NCBI GenBank assembly: GCA_951406725.2
Contig: OX597835.1
Location: forward strand, 4,836,001 to 4,900,000
Length of the DNA: 64,000 nt
Reading direction: 5' to 3'
Source: Octopus vulgaris
Taxonomy: Eukaryota
Below the pieces are notes generated by a model. That model was not told the origin of the DNA and made no database searches. It saw nothing but the letters and a program-made list of their open reading frames with translations. Shown here piece after piece: positions 62,763 through 64,000 of this stretch. The position numbers were made by a program, and so were the translations under genes. Position 1 is the stretch's first letter; the number at the start of each line of letters is the position of its first letter.

Positions 62763-62905
62763 AGTAAAGGAAAGCGAAAGTCTCTACAGTGGGGTCTGCA
62801 AACCAGTTAACTTCAAAAAGGGATCAACAGAATACTGTACAAGCTGCACTGATGCACAAATATGTGTTTCAGAACTGAGTCATTTTCAGCCTTGCAACAC
62901 AACTG
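62763..62905 (+). CDS. VWDE-like gene exon (post-VWD Cys-rich linker); gene continues beyond the window
   Basis: ttttcag/ (R)VKESESLYSGVCKPVNFKKGSTEYCTSCTDAQICVSELSHFQPCNTT /gtaatg; phase 2 to 1. Confidence 0.88.
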
Positions 62906-63309
62906 GTAATGTTCTTTATCTAAATGTTTCATAACCATACTTCTAATTAAATACATGAACAATTAATTACCTGCAATTAACTTGACAGTAAAGTTCGCTT
63001 GCATCCTGCATGAGAGTATGTCTGGACATCTTCCCACACCTTGTCATGTTGTGAAGTGCTTGTAAACAAAGGATGCATTCATACAGCATCAACTGATTCC
63101 AATTCTGTACACAAAACATGTCTGGACTATTTGCTGTTTAACAGATTGGCAAATTATTAATAGTTGGGGCCGGTAAAGTACACAACCAGTATCTGAAGGG
63201 TATGGATTTGAGTCCTGTAGCCACTTGCTGGCAGATTTTTTTTCCATCTTACAAGGATAAACTCCCAACCTTTCTCTGCTGTCCTTACAGCTTTACTCTT
63301 CTGGTAAAT

Positions 63310-63600
63310 AAGACAATGGCGGGATTGAGGGAGAAGTTTTGGAAATGGAAGGAGGCATTTGAAAGCAAGGGTTTGAAGATAGACCTTAGGAAGACAAAAG
63401 TGATGGTAAGTGGGGTGGAAGGAGACATGTTAATGAGTAAGGAAGATCCATGTGGTGTGTGGGAGGAGGGTAATGGCAAATGTGTTGTGTATGAAATGTG
63501 GAAAATGGATTCATGGTAGGTGTAAGAAAAGGAAGAAGGTGACCCCCCCAAGACTGGCAAGGGATTTTATTTGTGGAAGATGTGAGAAAGGAGATGGAGG
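63310..63600 (+). mobile_element. RTE-clade LINE RT fragment with PHD-like finger
   Basis: LREKFWKWKEAFESKGLKIDLRKTKVMVSG..DPCGV(frameshift)CGRRV..VLCMKCGKWIHGRC..DFICGRC. Confidence 0.8.
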
Positions 63601-63697
63601 GCTGCCACTCCTGTTAACAGGGACAAACCCAAATTTAAAATATTGGAGACTAAATGGAAACTGCAAATGTTGTGTGTGTGTGTGTATAAATAAGTAT

Positions 63698-64000
63698 GTG
63701 GAGGCGCAATGGCCTAGTGGTTAGGGCAGCGGACTCGCGGTCATAGGATCGCGGTTTCGATTCCCAGACCGGGCGTTGTGAGTGTTTATTGAGTGAAAAC
63801 ACCTAAAGCTCCACGAGGCTCCGGCAGGGGATGGTGGTGATCCCTGCTGTACTCTTTCACCACAACTTTCTCTCACTCTTACTTCCTGTTTCTGTTGTAC
63901 CTGTATTTCAAATGGCCGGCCTTGTCACTCTCTGTGTCACGCTGAATATTCCCCGAGAACTACGTTAAGGGTGCACGTGTCTGTGGAGTGCTCAGCCACT
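63698..64000 (+). mobile_element. tRNA(Arg)-like SINE, cut by the window edge
   Basis: Near-identical to 1983-2285. Confidence 0.85.

Overview
Eukaryotic, AT-rich, repeat-dense DNA; the tRNA-derived SINE families and the (TA)n/(TATG)n arrays suggest a cephalopod (octopus-like) genome (inference). Two genes are supported. (1) A long + strand multi-exon gene for a secreted VWDE-like protein (probable signal-peptide exon at 772-835, an F5/8 type C/discoidin domain, Ig-like segments, then a VWD domain). Eleven phase-compatible exons were traced from 31415 to 62905 and the gene runs off the right edge. (2) An intronless 1056-aa SKICH + coiled-coil gene of the TAX1BP1/CALCOCO family on the - strand (23827-26997), apparently nested in the first intron of gene 1. 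The rest is SINEs, LINE/Penelope/Merlin remnants, MITEs and microsatellites; most short ORFs in the track are artefacts of these. Most notable observations: an apparently out-of-order discoidin exon (34024-34110); a nested stack of fold-back elements in (TA)n whose inversion points fall on minimal hammerhead ribozyme motifs; a sharp drop in CpG content near 27.5-28 kb beside a promoter carrying a CLEAR-like motif; and a VWD domain lacking its GDPH motif. All calls were made by eye without database searches, and repeat boundaries are approximate.
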